A DNA stretch of 64,000 nt from Caldisericia bacterium (GTDB lineage Bacteria; Caldisericota; Caldisericia; JAAYUI01). The stretch lies in NCBI GenBank assembly GCA_963674785.1, contig OY771555.1, positions 1,632,001-1,696,000 on the forward strand, written 5' to 3'. Positions within the stretch are counted from its first letter, which is position 1. Each line of letters begins with the position of its first letter. The notes under the pieces were generated by a model. The model ran no database searches and had not been told where the DNA came from. It was given only the letters and a program-made list of their open reading frames with translations. Below are positions 19,603 through 29,147 of the stretch, in pieces. The position numbers and the translations under genes are program-made.

Positions 19603-20586
19603 CTAAACAAGACTAAAAAGCGCACTTTCCAATGAGAAAAGTGCATCGGCTTTGCCAGTTTTAAAGCTTATCTCGGCATCTTGAAGACTTTCAAGATATC
19701 CCAGTAGTTCTTTTTTTGAAAATCTATTTGATGAACTGATAGCTTTCTTAGCAACAAAAGGATGGCACTTTAATTTTTGTGCAATCTCTTTTTGGTCGTA
19801 TCTCTTGTGTGACAGTTCACCTGCTAAAAGCACCTTCATGAAATGGTTGCTTATCATTGATAACGCTCGTTCAGGAGGTTCACCGTTGTGAATCATTGTA
19901 TGAATCAATCTTATTCCAACCGATGTTTTTTTGTCAGCAAGAGCATCTAAAACCTGGAAGATTATAAGGTCGATCTTTTTTGGAATGATTTCTTTGATAT
20001 GTGAGCTTTCAATCATCATGTCTTTTCCAGCAAATGCAACGAGCTTGTCAATTTCCATTGAAAGGGATAACATATCTCCACAAGTATGTTCGATAAGGAG
20101 GTGTGCAGCATCGGCACTGATTGAGCATTCATTATCTTTAAAACGCTTCTTTATCCAAGATAGAAGCATTCGTTCGTTAACTCCGCCTTCTGATATAACT
20201 TTTGCAGATTTGGTTAAGAATTTTCCGATGATCGTATTTTTTGCAATCCCTGTTTCTATAAATATTGCTACATTTCCTGGAATCATATTTTCAAAAGCAG
20301 AAACGATTTCCTTTGCTTTATTACCTTTAATCTTTCCAGCATCGGAAACCAGAATAACGTTGTTGCCCGAAAGCAGACTTCCAGAGCTTAGAAGCTCGTT
20401 TAGGTTATGAGGTTCAATCTCGTTTATATTTACTTTTTTTGCTGAAGATTTTGAACCTGTTGTTATGTTTACGATTTCATCAACAACCTGACGCTCAAGG
20501 TATGGAATGTTAGCCACCAGATGATAAATCTGATCAGGTGTTCCGCCATCTTTGAGTCTTTTTAGTTCGCTTACATATGAGATCAT
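19603..20586 (-). CDS. holA: DNA polymerase III delta subunit
   Basis: WIKKRF..ISADAAHLL..GDMLSLSMEIDKL..IFQVLDAL..HPFVAKK..KTG pattern; near rpsT, as is common. Confidence 0.85.
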   Translation of the reverse strand: MISYVSELKRLKDGGTPDQIYHLVANIPYLERQVVDEIVNITTGSKSSAKKVNINEIEPHNLNELLSSGSLLSGNNVILVSDAGKIKGNKAKEIVSAFENMIPGNVAIFIETGIAKNTIIGKFLTKSAKVISEGGVNERMLLSWIKKRFKDNECSISADAAHLLIEHTCGDMLSLSMEIDKLVAFAGKDMMIESSHIKEIIPKKIDLIIFQVLDALADKKTSVGIRLIHTMIHNGEPPERALSMISNHFMKVLLAGELSHKRYDQKEIAQKLKCHPFVAKKAISSSNRFSKKELLGYLESLQDAEISFKTGKADALFSLESALFSLV

Positions 20587-21869
20587 GGATAGATGTGTTC
20601 AAGCATTCTTGGGAATGGTGATGCTTCTCTAACATGTGCAGCTCCAGCTAACCATCCAACCATTCTTTCGATTCCAAGACCAAATCCTGAATGTGGGAAG
20701 CTACCGTATCTTCTGAGATCGAGATACCATTCAAAAGTAGACATATCGAGATTGTGTGCTTTAATTCGTTCAACCAGAAGATTGATATCATCTTCTCTTT
20801 GAGAACCACCTATAATTTCACCAACACCTTCCGGAGCGATCATGTCGTCGCAAAGAGCAACCTTTGGGTTTTCAGGGTCACGTTTCATATAAAACGCTTT
20901 AACCTCAACCGGATATTTTTCGATGATGAGTGGTCTTTCGTGCATCTCGGAAAGAATGGTTTCATCAGGAGCACCAAAATCGCTTCCCCATTCGATTTCT
21001 GAACCCTTTCTTTTGAGAATATCCACAGCTTCAGTATATGTCATTCTAGGGAATGGTGTAACGATGTTTTCAAGTTTTGAAATATCTCGTTCAAGAACCT
21101 CAAGTTCTGTTTTGCAGTTTTTCAAAACATCAGAAACGAGGTATGAAAGGAATCTTTCTTGAAGGTTCATGTTCTCTTCATGGGTCAAAAATGCAGCTTC
21201 GGGCTCAACCTGCCAGAACTCAATAAGATGTCTTCTTGTTTTACTTTTTTCTGCTCTAAAAACTGGACCAAAACAGTAAACTTTTCCAAATGCAGCAGCG
21301 GTTGCCTCGTTGTAAAGCTGACCTGATTGGCTCAGATACGCAGATTTTCCAAAGTAATCTGTCTCAAAAAGTGTCGTTGTACCTTCACAAGCACTTGGTG
21401 TGAGACACGGGGCATCGATGTTAACGAATCCTTCTTCATCGAGGAAATCCCTAATTGCTTTTGTTAATCTAGATCTGATTCGAAGAGTTGCCCATTGTTT
21501 TTGTGAACGTAACCAAAGATGCCTGTTTGAAACAAGAAAGCCCGTGCCGTGTTCTTTTGGACTGATTGGATAATCTGTACTGCTTCCAATAAGTGATGCA
21601 TGTTCAATATCAAGTTCAAATACACCCTGTTTTTTTGGATGTTCTTTGACTATTCCGGTTATCTCAACGGAGCTTTCTTGGGTATAAGCTTTTATCTCGT
21701 TAAATAGTTCTTCGTTAAGGTTTCCCTTGAATGCGACGCACTGACAAAGACCCGTTCCATCTCTTAAGACTAAAAAAACAAGCTTACCAGAAGACCTTGA
21801 GTTATAAACCCATCCACAGAGCTTCACGCTCTCTCCAACATGTTTACCAAGTTCAGATATAGTTACCAT
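20583..21869 (-). CDS. asnS: Asparagine--tRNA ligase
   Basis: GWVYNSRSSGKL, NRHLWLRS, ACEGTTTLF, FRAEKSKTRRHLIEFW, EIIGGSQRE, PHSGFGLGIER; AAGGAGG SD before ATG 21869. Confidence 0.95.
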   Translation of the reverse strand: MVTISELGKHVGESVKLCGWVYNSRSSGKLVFLVLRDGTGLCQCVAFKGNLNEELFNEIKAYTQESSVEITGIVKEHPKKQGVFELDIEHASLIGSSTDYPISPKEHGTGFLVSNRHLWLRSQKQWATLRIRSRLTKAIRDFLDEEGFVNIDAPCLTPSACEGTTTLFETDYFGKSAYLSQSGQLYNEATAAAFGKVYCFGPVFRAEKSKTRRHLIEFWQVEPEAAFLTHEENMNLQERFLSYLVSDVLKNCKTELEVLERDISKLENIVTPFPRMTYTEAVDILKRKGSEIEWGSDFGAPDETILSEMHERPLIIEKYPVEVKAFYMKRDPENPKVALCDDMIAPEGVGEIIGGSQREDDINLLVERIKAHNLDMSTFEWYLDLRRYGSFPHSGFGLGIERMVGWLAGAAHVREASPFPRMLEHIYP

Positions 21870-22050
21870 AGGTAACCTCCTTACCAAAAATCGACTAATT
21901 TTTCTGTATATTAGCACCATTTTATTCGACAATACAACTATGTTTTTTTCTATCGGTTAAACACTTTATAAAATAGACCTTGAACATTGTTTAATGATTT
22001 GGTATAAACTTCTTTCGTTAAAGATATGACGTGAGACAAGGAGTAGTAAC

Positions 22051-22284
22051 TTGTTTAAGATAATAATGATAACAATTTCAGTAGTGACAGGAATCGGGTT
22101 GACCGTTGGTTACCTTCTCCAGTCACCAAAGGCATCCGGTCTCGGAGCAATTGGTGGAACAGCTCACCAGTTCAAAATGAGATCAGGTAGAGATGCCTTT
22201 TATGATAAACTTATTGTTTGGTGTGCGGTTATTTTTGGGATTTCAATCTTCCTCCTTTCCATTTGGAATCCAGCAATTTGGTGA
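22051..22284 (+). CDS. secG: Preprotein translocase subunit SecG
   Basis: Two TMs around LLQSPKASGLGAIGG; followed by tRNA-Leu, a common arrangement; AAGGAG SD with TTG start. Confidence 0.88.
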   Translation: MFKIIMITISVVTGIGLTVGYLLQSPKASGLGAIGGTAHQFKMRSGRDAFYDKLIVWCAVIFGISIFLLSIWNPAIW

Positions 22285-22310
22285 TTGAATAACTGATTTT
22301 TTTTAAAAGT

Positions 22311-22395
22311 GCCGAGGTGGCGGAATTGGTAGACGCGTACGTTTAAGGTGCGTATGTCCAGCGACGTGGGGGTTCGAGTCCCCCCTTCGGCACCA
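22311..22395 (+). tRNA. tRNA-Leu (anticodon AAG)
   Basis: Acceptor GCCGAGG/CTTCGGC+ACCA; anticodon stem TACGT/GCGTA with loop TT-AAG-GT (anticodon 22345-47); long variable arm; T-arm GGGGG-TTCGAGT-CCCCC. Confidence 0.93.
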
Positions 22396-22417
22396 CTTTT
22401 TTTCATCAACGAGATTC

Positions 22418-22492
22418 GGGCGGATAGTTCAGCGGTAGAACGCTTGCCTTACACGCAAGAAGTCACAGGTTCGAATCCTGTTTCGCCCACCA
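22418..22492 (+). tRNA. tRNA-Val (TAC)
   Basis: Acceptor GGGCGGA/TTCGCCC+ACCA; anticodon arm CTTGC-CTTACAC-GCAAG; TTCGAAT T-loop. Confidence 0.96.
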
Positions 22493-22512
22493 CTTTCAAG
22501 CTTTCCCTTAAT

Positions 22513-22537
22513 CGATCCATTTTTGGGTCGTTTTTTT
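22513..22537 (+). terminator. Terminator after the secG-tRNA-Leu-tRNA-Val unit
   Basis: CGATCCA-TTTT-TGGGTCG followed by T7. Confidence 0.7.
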
Positions 22538-22675
22538 ATTTATGGACTTTTTAACAGAAATCTTTTTCAATTACTTATCACTAAAACTTTCCTGTTCGAT
22601 TAACCCCAAAAATCTATCTATTTCTTAAAATAATATCTTGGATGCAGGCGTTGATGATATATTTTTGAAAGTTAA

Positions 22676-22703
22676 TTGACAGTAGAATTCAATTCGCTAG
22701 AAT
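22676..22703 (+). promoter_or_regulatory. Sigma70-type promoter for tRNA-Asp
   Basis: TTGACA, 16 bp, TAGAAT, ending 17 bp before the tRNA. Confidence 0.75.
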
Positions 22704-22720
22704 TCTATTTCGTTATTTGC

Positions 22721-22796
22721 GGGGTCGTGGTGTAGCGGTTAACACGCCAGCCTGTCACGCTGGAGATCGGGGGTTCGATTCCCCTCGACCTCGCCA
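22721..22796 (+). tRNA. tRNA-Asp (GTC)
   Basis: Acceptor GGGGTCG/CGACCTC+GCCA; anticodon arm CCAGC-CTGTCAC-GCTGG. Confidence 0.96.
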
Positions 22797-22880
22797 TCTA
22801 ACAAATGACTCGTTTCTTAAGAACCCAAAACCCTTGAAACATTATTTTATTTGTATAGTTTTTTATTTTGGAGGTTCTGT

Positions 22881-25800
22881 TTGAAGAAAAGAGTTCTCGT
22901 TTCAATAGCGATAGTAATTTTTGCCCTCTCGGCACAGTTCCCAGTCTTGCTCGCAAGTGATCATGTCGAATATGTTGACGTCCTTATTACGCTCAACGGA
23001 CCATGTGTTTCAAATCTTTTGCCGAGTAATTACACTGACTCTAATTCTCGATTGTTTGATAAAAATGTTTTCATAACTTCGGATATGATTTCGGATTCCG
23101 TCTCATCTTTTGTAAACTCTTATGATTTATATTTCGATGAGGTGTACCAAGGTTACTCCATTTTGATGAGGGGTTTCTCCTGCAGAATTCAGAAAAGAAA
23201 TATCAATAAGATTCAAGAATTAGTGGCGGTTTCATCGGTTTTAATTCTGCCCGAATACAAACTTGATCTGGATACTTCCGTTCCAGTGATTAAAGCTGAT
23301 CAGGTTTGGGACATGGAAAACGATTTTGGTGAACATATTGATGGAACTGGAACAAAAATTGGAATCATAGATTCAGGTCTGGACTATACAAATCCTGATT
23401 TGGGTGGTGGTGCTGGACCAGGAAGAAAAGTTATCGAGGCATATGATTACGCTGATAATCTCGACGTTGCAAGAGACGGGCAGAACCACGGAACCCATGT
23501 TGCAGGAATCTGTGCTGCAGATGGCAAAGTAAAAGGTGTTGCTCCAAAGGCAAATCTAGTTGCTTTCAAAGTTTTTTCATCAGAAGGCAGACGAACGAAC
23601 GTTGGTGCAAATATCATAAAGGCTCTTGAACAGGCTCTCCTTTCAAAATGTGATGTTGTCAATCTATCTCTTGGTTCAATAGCTACTGACCCAGGTACAG
23701 ATGCTGATTCAATTTACAATAATGCTGTTGATGCCGGAATGGTTATCTGTGCATCGTCAGGCAATAATGGAGCAAGAGCACCAGGGAAAGGTTTTCCAAT
23801 CGGTTATCCCAGCAGTATTGAATCAGTGATTTCTGTTGCTGCATCGGACGATTCATTGAAAATGTTTGGTGAAGTGATTGAGCCTGATGATGTAAATATC
23901 AAATTTGAGATAATGCCTTTCGTTTTATCACCCGAATGGATAGGTGGAGAATTTGAGATTGTGGATTGTGGATATGGAAACTCTGAAGATGATTTTGCTG
24001 GTAAGAACCTTAAAGGGAAAATTGCACTGATCCAACGAGGTGGTGTTTCAAATATTGAATCTGCTTATTTCAAATACAAGGTTATTAATGCTGGAAAAGC
24101 TGGAGCATCTGCGTGTATAATCTATAATAATAGATTTGGTGGTTACAATAATGTTGCATTAACTGTACCTGATGAAGAAAACAATAAAGATGATCGATTT
24201 CTTGTTCCAACCTCTTCTATGTCAAACCTTCAAGGCGAGGAGCTGTTGAGGTTAATGGAAAAAGGAACCTGCAAAATATTGGTGTCCGTGGGTAAACAAA
24301 CTGATTCAATGGCTTATTTTTCATCTTCTGGTCCAAGTTCCTTGATTGGTTTCAAACCAGATGTTGCAGCACCAGGCGTTAATATCTACAGCACACTGAG
24401 GACAGAAAAAGAAGATACTCCTTCGTGGGGGTATAAGAATGGCACATCGATGGCTTGTCCTCATGTCAGTGGTGCTGTTGCTCTTATAAAACAGGCTTAT
24501 CCTGATGCCTCTCCAATTGAGGTTAAATCACGGCTTATGGGAAGTGCAACTTTATTGTGGAACGATATGGCAAACGAGTATCTTCCTCTAACGATGCAGG
24601 GAGCCGGAAGAATTGACATAAAAAAAGCAATTGAAACCGAGTCAATCTTTTCCCCGCCCGGTGGTGCTGTAATTGCTGATTACAGCGGTAAGGCTGAGTT
24701 TGAGTTTTCCATTCATAACCTCTCCTCTAAAAATCAGAGTGTTGAGCTTTCTTATTATTCCATCGGTAGAGATACAGAAGCAGAATTTGAGTTTGATCGT
24801 TTATCTATTAAACCCCGTGGAATTGTAAACTCGACAGTAAAGATAAGCTGTACAAATGGGATTGAAGGGATTCTTGAGGGGGTTATTTTTGCAGAAATAA
24901 ATGGCGAAAAGATCCATCTCCCATTGATGATTCAACATCAAAGCAGTTATTTGCCTCCTCAGCTATCGTATCTTAGAGTCACTGATAACAACCATCTTGA
25001 TGTATCAAATGATGATTCTGAGGTTTTTTTAACGTTTAAACTCAATTATGGAAGCTTTATTACTTCGATCGACAGCCCCGGTGATTTTATAACAAGCACG
25101 TTTGCTGCTGCAAAAATTGGTACTATTAATGATGAAAAAAAAGAACTTGGAACGATACTGTACGAAGATTACATTCCAATCGGATATTATCACATACCAT
25201 GGAATGGAAGAGATATTGCTGAAAGCTTAATTGCTCATAATGGAAAAAATCGAATTCAAGGTCAGGGAATAAGAACGATCGAATATAACAATGGTGAAGC
25301 CCCAACGGTTATCCAGCAACGACCAGCGGCAGCAACGATTGTTAATGTAGAAGGGTCGCCGTTATTAGAAACCCAAAATATTGGAATCCTGCTGGCACCT
25401 GAAAAACCTGGTTTAAACGATGATTTTGAGATCAGAATTTATTTATCAGAAACGGTTGGGGTTAGAGAGTTTGATTTTGAGTTAAACTACCCTTCCGAAT
25501 TTATTGAGATTGTAGATATTCATCCAGATAGAATCTTTGGTGACTCCGGAAGGTTAAATTTTGAAGATAATAAAACCAGAAATAAGTTGATTGTTCACGT
25601 TGAAACCGATGAAGACATGGTCGATTGGCATAAAGGGACAGCGATTTCAATCCTCGCAAAAATGATAAAAACCTCTGATAACATCCTACCTATGGGTTTT
25701 CTTTCTGCATCAGTATTAATTGATTATGACCGAGTTAAACTTCCGTTATCCCACTTCCTTATAAGAAACATACCAAAGATAAGCTGTTTTGACTTGAATG

Positions 25801-25961
25801 ATGATAATGTTGTAAATATTATCGATTTTGCTATACTTTCAGAGCATGTCGGTTCTTTCAAAGGTCAGCCATTGTACGAAAGTGCGATGGATTTTGATTT
25901 AGATGGAAGGATTGATTTTTACGATGTCTCTATTTTTGCAAAAAGAGTGACATCTGAGTAG
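22881..25961 (+). CDS. Secreted S8 (Vpr-like) subtilase with PA domain, C-terminal cohesin-like and dockerin domains
   Basis: Triad IGIIDSG / HGTHVAG / GTSMACPHVSG; oxyanion SSGN; PA domain KGKIALIQRG; dockerin FDLNDDNVVNIIDF...MDFDLDGRIDFYD. TTG start behind GGAGG. Confidence 0.92.
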   Translation: MKKRVLVSIAIVIFALSAQFPVLLASDHVEYVDVLITLNGPCVSNLLPSNYTDSNSRLFDKNVFITSDMISDSVSSFVNSYDLYFDEVYQGYSILMRGFSCRIQKRNINKIQELVAVSSVLILPEYKLDLDTSVPVIKADQVWDMENDFGEHIDGTGTKIGIIDSGLDYTNPDLGGGAGPGRKVIEAYDYADNLDVARDGQNHGTHVAGICAADGKVKGVAPKANLVAFKVFSSEGRRTNVGANIIKALEQALLSKCDVVNLSLGSIATDPGTDADSIYNNAVDAGMVICASSGNNGARAPGKGFPIGYPSSIESVISVAASDDSLKMFGEVIEPDDVNIKFEIMPFVLSPEWIGGEFEIVDCGYGNSEDDFAGKNLKGKIALIQRGGVSNIESAYFKYKVINAGKAGASACIIYNNRFGGYNNVALTVPDEENNKDDRFLVPTSSMSNLQGEELLRLMEKGTCKILVSVGKQTDSMAYFSSSGPSSLIGFKPDVAAPGVNIYSTLRTEKEDTPSWGYKNGTSMACPHVSGAVALIKQAYPDASPIEVKSRLMGSATLLWNDMANEYLPLTMQGAGRIDIKKAIETESIFSPPGGAVIADYSGKAEFEFSIHNLSSKNQSVELSYYSIGRDTEAEFEFDRLSIKPRGIVNSTVKISCTNGIEGILEGVIFAEINGEKIHLPLMIQHQSSYLPPQLSYLRVTDNNHLDVSNDDSEVFLTFKLNYGSFITSIDSPGDFITSTFAAAKIGTINDEKKELGTILYEDYIPIGYYHIPWNGRDIAESLIAHNGKNRIQGQGIRTIEYNNGEAPTVIQQRPAAATIVNVEGSPLLETQNIGILLAPEKPGLNDDFEIRIYLSETVGVREFDFELNYPSEFIEIVDIHPDRIFGDSGRLNFEDNKTRNKLIVHVETDEDMVDWHKGTAISILAKMIKTSDNILPMGFLSASVLIDYDRVKLPLSHFLIRNIPKISCFDLNDDNVVNIIDFAILSEHVGSFKGQPLYESAMDFDLDGRIDFYDVSIFAKRVTSE

Positions 25962-26024
25962 CAAGATTGGAAATAGTGCAAACTTTGGTTATAATGGTTG
26001 GATACATAAGCTCAAGGAGTTGAG

Positions 26025-29000
26025 ATGCGAAGGAAACTGACTTTAGTCCTTGTATTGTTTTTGGTTTTTTCGGTTGCAACAGTTTCTGTTCAAGGAGTCA
26101 ATCCCGGTGAATCTGATGAGTTGGTACGAGTTGTTGTTACGTTCGACGAATTCAGATCGGTTGATTCCAATCAGGAAATCCCAGGTCTCGGTGATATCGT
26201 TCATTCGAATAGCCGTGCCGTTGTAGCACTTTATGAAGATGAGCTCGTCGCTAGATTTCCTGAGGTGGCTATCAGACATAAAGTTGACTTCCTGTTTCCC
26301 GGTATTTCTATGGATGCAAAAGAAGATATCGTATCATCTGTTTCCTCTTTACCTTTTGTTGCAGATATTTTTACAGTTTCTGACTATGTCCCAACCGGAA
26401 ATTTTGATCCTAACCAGATAATAAACGCTAGTGCTGTATACGATATGGTGGATTCTTCAAACGTTTCAGTTAATGGTTCTGGAATCCTTGTAGGTGTTAT
26501 TGATAGTGGAATTGACTACAATCATAAACATCTTGGAGATGGCATTTATGGTGAGGCCGGCAAGGTTGTTGGCGGAACAAACTATGTTGAAAGAGGCGAA
26601 GAACCTGTTGATGATTCACCGATTTGTCATGGAACAAGTGTTGCTGGTCTTATTGCTGCAAGCAGGGACTCTGTTTCAATCGCCTCGGGTGCTAAGCTTA
26701 TGTCTTACAGGGTTTACTCGAACAAAAATCCTAAAGTTTCTGAAGATACTATTGTTAAAGCGATTGACCAGGCGGTTAAAGATGGTTGTCAAGTTATCAA
26801 TGTTTCACTCTCCACTCCCGGTGGTGACTCTTCAAAACCATCTGCGGTTGGAAAAGCAGTGAATAAAGCTTTGAATTCTGGAGTCGTAGTTGTTGGTTCT
26901 GCTGGGGAATTTGGTACTTATTGCAACCACTCTGACAAGGGAACTGTTGGCGGTGCTGGGTTATCTACAGATGCCATTTCAGTCGGAGCAATGGACTCAA
27001 GACCAGGTTTTAAGATTTTGATTAACGATGAACTTTATGTAAATGCAATGGCCTCCACTCCATATTCAAAATTTAGCACAGGCAAAGGAATGCAACTTGT
27101 TGATGGGGGTTATGGTTCAGAAGATGAACTGAGCTCCGTTTCCATGCGCGGGAAGATTGTTTTGGTTGAGCGTGGTCCATCGATTGGAAGATCGATTCCT
27201 TTCTATAAGAAAATGCTTAACGCCAAACGTAAAGGTGCAGAGGGTGTGATTTGTTGGAACGATTCACCTGGTGAACTCGTTAGTATGCAAGTTGGATATG
27301 ACTATGAGCTTGGCAACGACGTAAGAGACAAAGACATGATTCCAACGTGTTTTGTGTCAAATAAAGACGGAGAATTGTTAAAAAGGTTAGTGCTTCAGGG
27401 TGAGGTTAACTTATCTATTGACGAAATGAATTTTGACACAATAACTCGAACAACCTCTATTGGACCTGCTGAAGACTTAACCTTTAAACCTGATGTTTGT
27501 GCACCTGGAATGGGTCTAACAGCTCCCCTTTCAGTTTCCGTTGGATCCGGTGATATACCTTATACCGTTGGTTTTAATGGAACATCTGCGAGTACCGGAA
27601 TTGTTTCGGGTGCAGCAGCTCTTCTAAAGCAATATCATCCTGAATGGACACCTTCACAAGTAAGGCTTGCCTTGATGAATACATCTGTTCCAGTAAGAAA
27701 CCTTTCAAACAATAGCTATGCTAGTTTTTTAATTCAGGGGGCCGGAAGAGTTAATGTTGATGCGGCTGCCAATATTTCTGCATTTATTTCACCTGGTGGT
27801 GTTATTGCCAAACCAAATGAAAAGATTACCCTTGATGTTGAGGGAATCGGTTCGGATACCACATTCAATGTGAGCATCGAAGTTCCCGAGACATTGTCAG
27901 AATATGTTGAATTTGATATTTCAGCAGAATCCGTAAAGGTTGAGTCTGGAAGTGCTGCAAGCCTTGATATAACTCCATATTTTAATCAGAGCAAAATGCC
28001 ATGCAATATCGAGTGTGTTGTTTGGTTTGAAGCAGGTAGCTCAAAACTTCATGTTCCCCTGATCTGTTGGAAAGAATTTAGTTCGGTTTCCAGATCGGGT
28101 TTTACTGGCTTACAGGTTGCTGGTGATAAGATCGATTATAATGCATCAGGCAACGAGATATCCGTTGATTATAACATCGCTCTTGGTGATCTCTATAGTT
28201 ATAAACCATTTGCCTATGGTGAGTATGGTAGCTCAACTGAGGAAACTGATACAAACCAAACGATTCTTTCAAGGTGTCAGATCGATTTGGTTGATGGCAA
28301 CAATGATTCTTGGATATCTATTTCTCAGTGCGAAAATGCCGAATATGGTAACTATCGAGTTTCCTGGGATGGCTTAGACCCTGTAACTGGTGATCAAATT
28401 CCAAATGGAGATTATAAGATCAAACTTACTAGAGTTGAATCTAGGGTTCAGGAATCTGGAAGTTTTGGTGGCTATATAGAATCAATTACCGCTGAACAAC
28501 CAATCAAGATTGTTGGAAGCAAAGTGCCATCTCCACCAAAGTTTGTGCTCTATTCCAGACCCGGTAATCCTTCGATTGAACAAAAATTTATCATCGATCT
28601 CTACCTTACCAATGCAAGAGATGTATCTAGTTTTAGTATGGATATTGTTTACCCGACAGATGAAATCGAAATTCTTGATGTAATCCCTGGTGATTTTATG
28701 GGTTTGGATGGTGTTGCGGTTGAGGATGATATGTTCAACGAAGAAGAAGAGGGAAAGATACGACTCTTCTCTAAACGAATGGGTGAAAGTGGTATAAGTG
28801 GACATGGTCTGATTGCAAGGTTTGTAGCCAGATGTGACGATGTCGTTTACCCAACGATTGGCTACTCATCTAAACGTCTTTTGGACTCAGACGGTAATTT
28901 GATTAGACATATGAGTTATCCGTTAGAACTTGAGATTACTGAAGATGAATTTGTTGAAGGCGACCTTAATTTTGATGGCGTTGTTGACGGATATGATGTG

Positions 29001-29135
29001 CTAATTTTTGCACGTTCTTTTGGTTTAACAACGAGACATCCTGATTATAACATTGTAGCGGATATTAACGACGACGGAAGGGTCGACCAGAAAGACTATA
29101 AAAAATTGATAGCCAACTTTGGCAAACATAACTAG
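26025..29135 (+). CDS. Second S8 subtilase paralog (PA, cohesin-like, dockerin) with a divergent active-site context
   Basis: VGVIDSG / HGTSVAG / GTSASTGIVSG; SAGE in place of SxGN; dockerin GDLNFDGVVDGYD...ADINDDGRVDQKD. Confidence 0.9.
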   Translation: MRRKLTLVLVLFLVFSVATVSVQGVNPGESDELVRVVVTFDEFRSVDSNQEIPGLGDIVHSNSRAVVALYEDELVARFPEVAIRHKVDFLFPGISMDAKEDIVSSVSSLPFVADIFTVSDYVPTGNFDPNQIINASAVYDMVDSSNVSVNGSGILVGVIDSGIDYNHKHLGDGIYGEAGKVVGGTNYVERGEEPVDDSPICHGTSVAGLIAASRDSVSIASGAKLMSYRVYSNKNPKVSEDTIVKAIDQAVKDGCQVINVSLSTPGGDSSKPSAVGKAVNKALNSGVVVVGSAGEFGTYCNHSDKGTVGGAGLSTDAISVGAMDSRPGFKILINDELYVNAMASTPYSKFSTGKGMQLVDGGYGSEDELSSVSMRGKIVLVERGPSIGRSIPFYKKMLNAKRKGAEGVICWNDSPGELVSMQVGYDYELGNDVRDKDMIPTCFVSNKDGELLKRLVLQGEVNLSIDEMNFDTITRTTSIGPAEDLTFKPDVCAPGMGLTAPLSVSVGSGDIPYTVGFNGTSASTGIVSGAAALLKQYHPEWTPSQVRLALMNTSVPVRNLSNNSYASFLIQGAGRVNVDAAANISAFISPGGVIAKPNEKITLDVEGIGSDTTFNVSIEVPETLSEYVEFDISAESVKVESGSAASLDITPYFNQSKMPCNIECVVWFEAGSSKLHVPLICWKEFSSVSRSGFTGLQVAGDKIDYNASGNEISVDYNIALGDLYSYKPFAYGEYGSSTEETDTNQTILSRCQIDLVDGNNDSWISISQCENAEYGNYRVSWDGLDPVTGDQIPNGDYKIKLTRVESRVQESGSFGGYIESITAEQPIKIVGSKVPSPPKFVLYSRPGNPSIEQKFIIDLYLTNARDVSSFSMDIVYPTDEIEILDVIPGDFMGLDGVAVEDDMFNEEEEGKIRLFSKRMGESGISGHGLIARFVARCDDVVYPTIGYSSKRLLDSDGNLIRHMSYPLELEITEDEFVEGDLNFDGVVDGYDVLIFARSFGLTTRHPDYNIVADINDDGRVDQKDYKKLIANFGKHN

Positions 29136-29147
29136 GAGTGATTGAGA

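Noticed and set aside
22344-22346. Reading the tRNA-Leu anticodon as TAA
   Set aside because: That register destroys the anticodon stem; only AAG gives five pairs and a 7-nt loop.
22851-29135. Both subtilase ORFs are exactly 1036 aa in the ORF track
   Set aside because: Coincidence: the first gene most likely starts at 22881 and the sequences are highly diverged.
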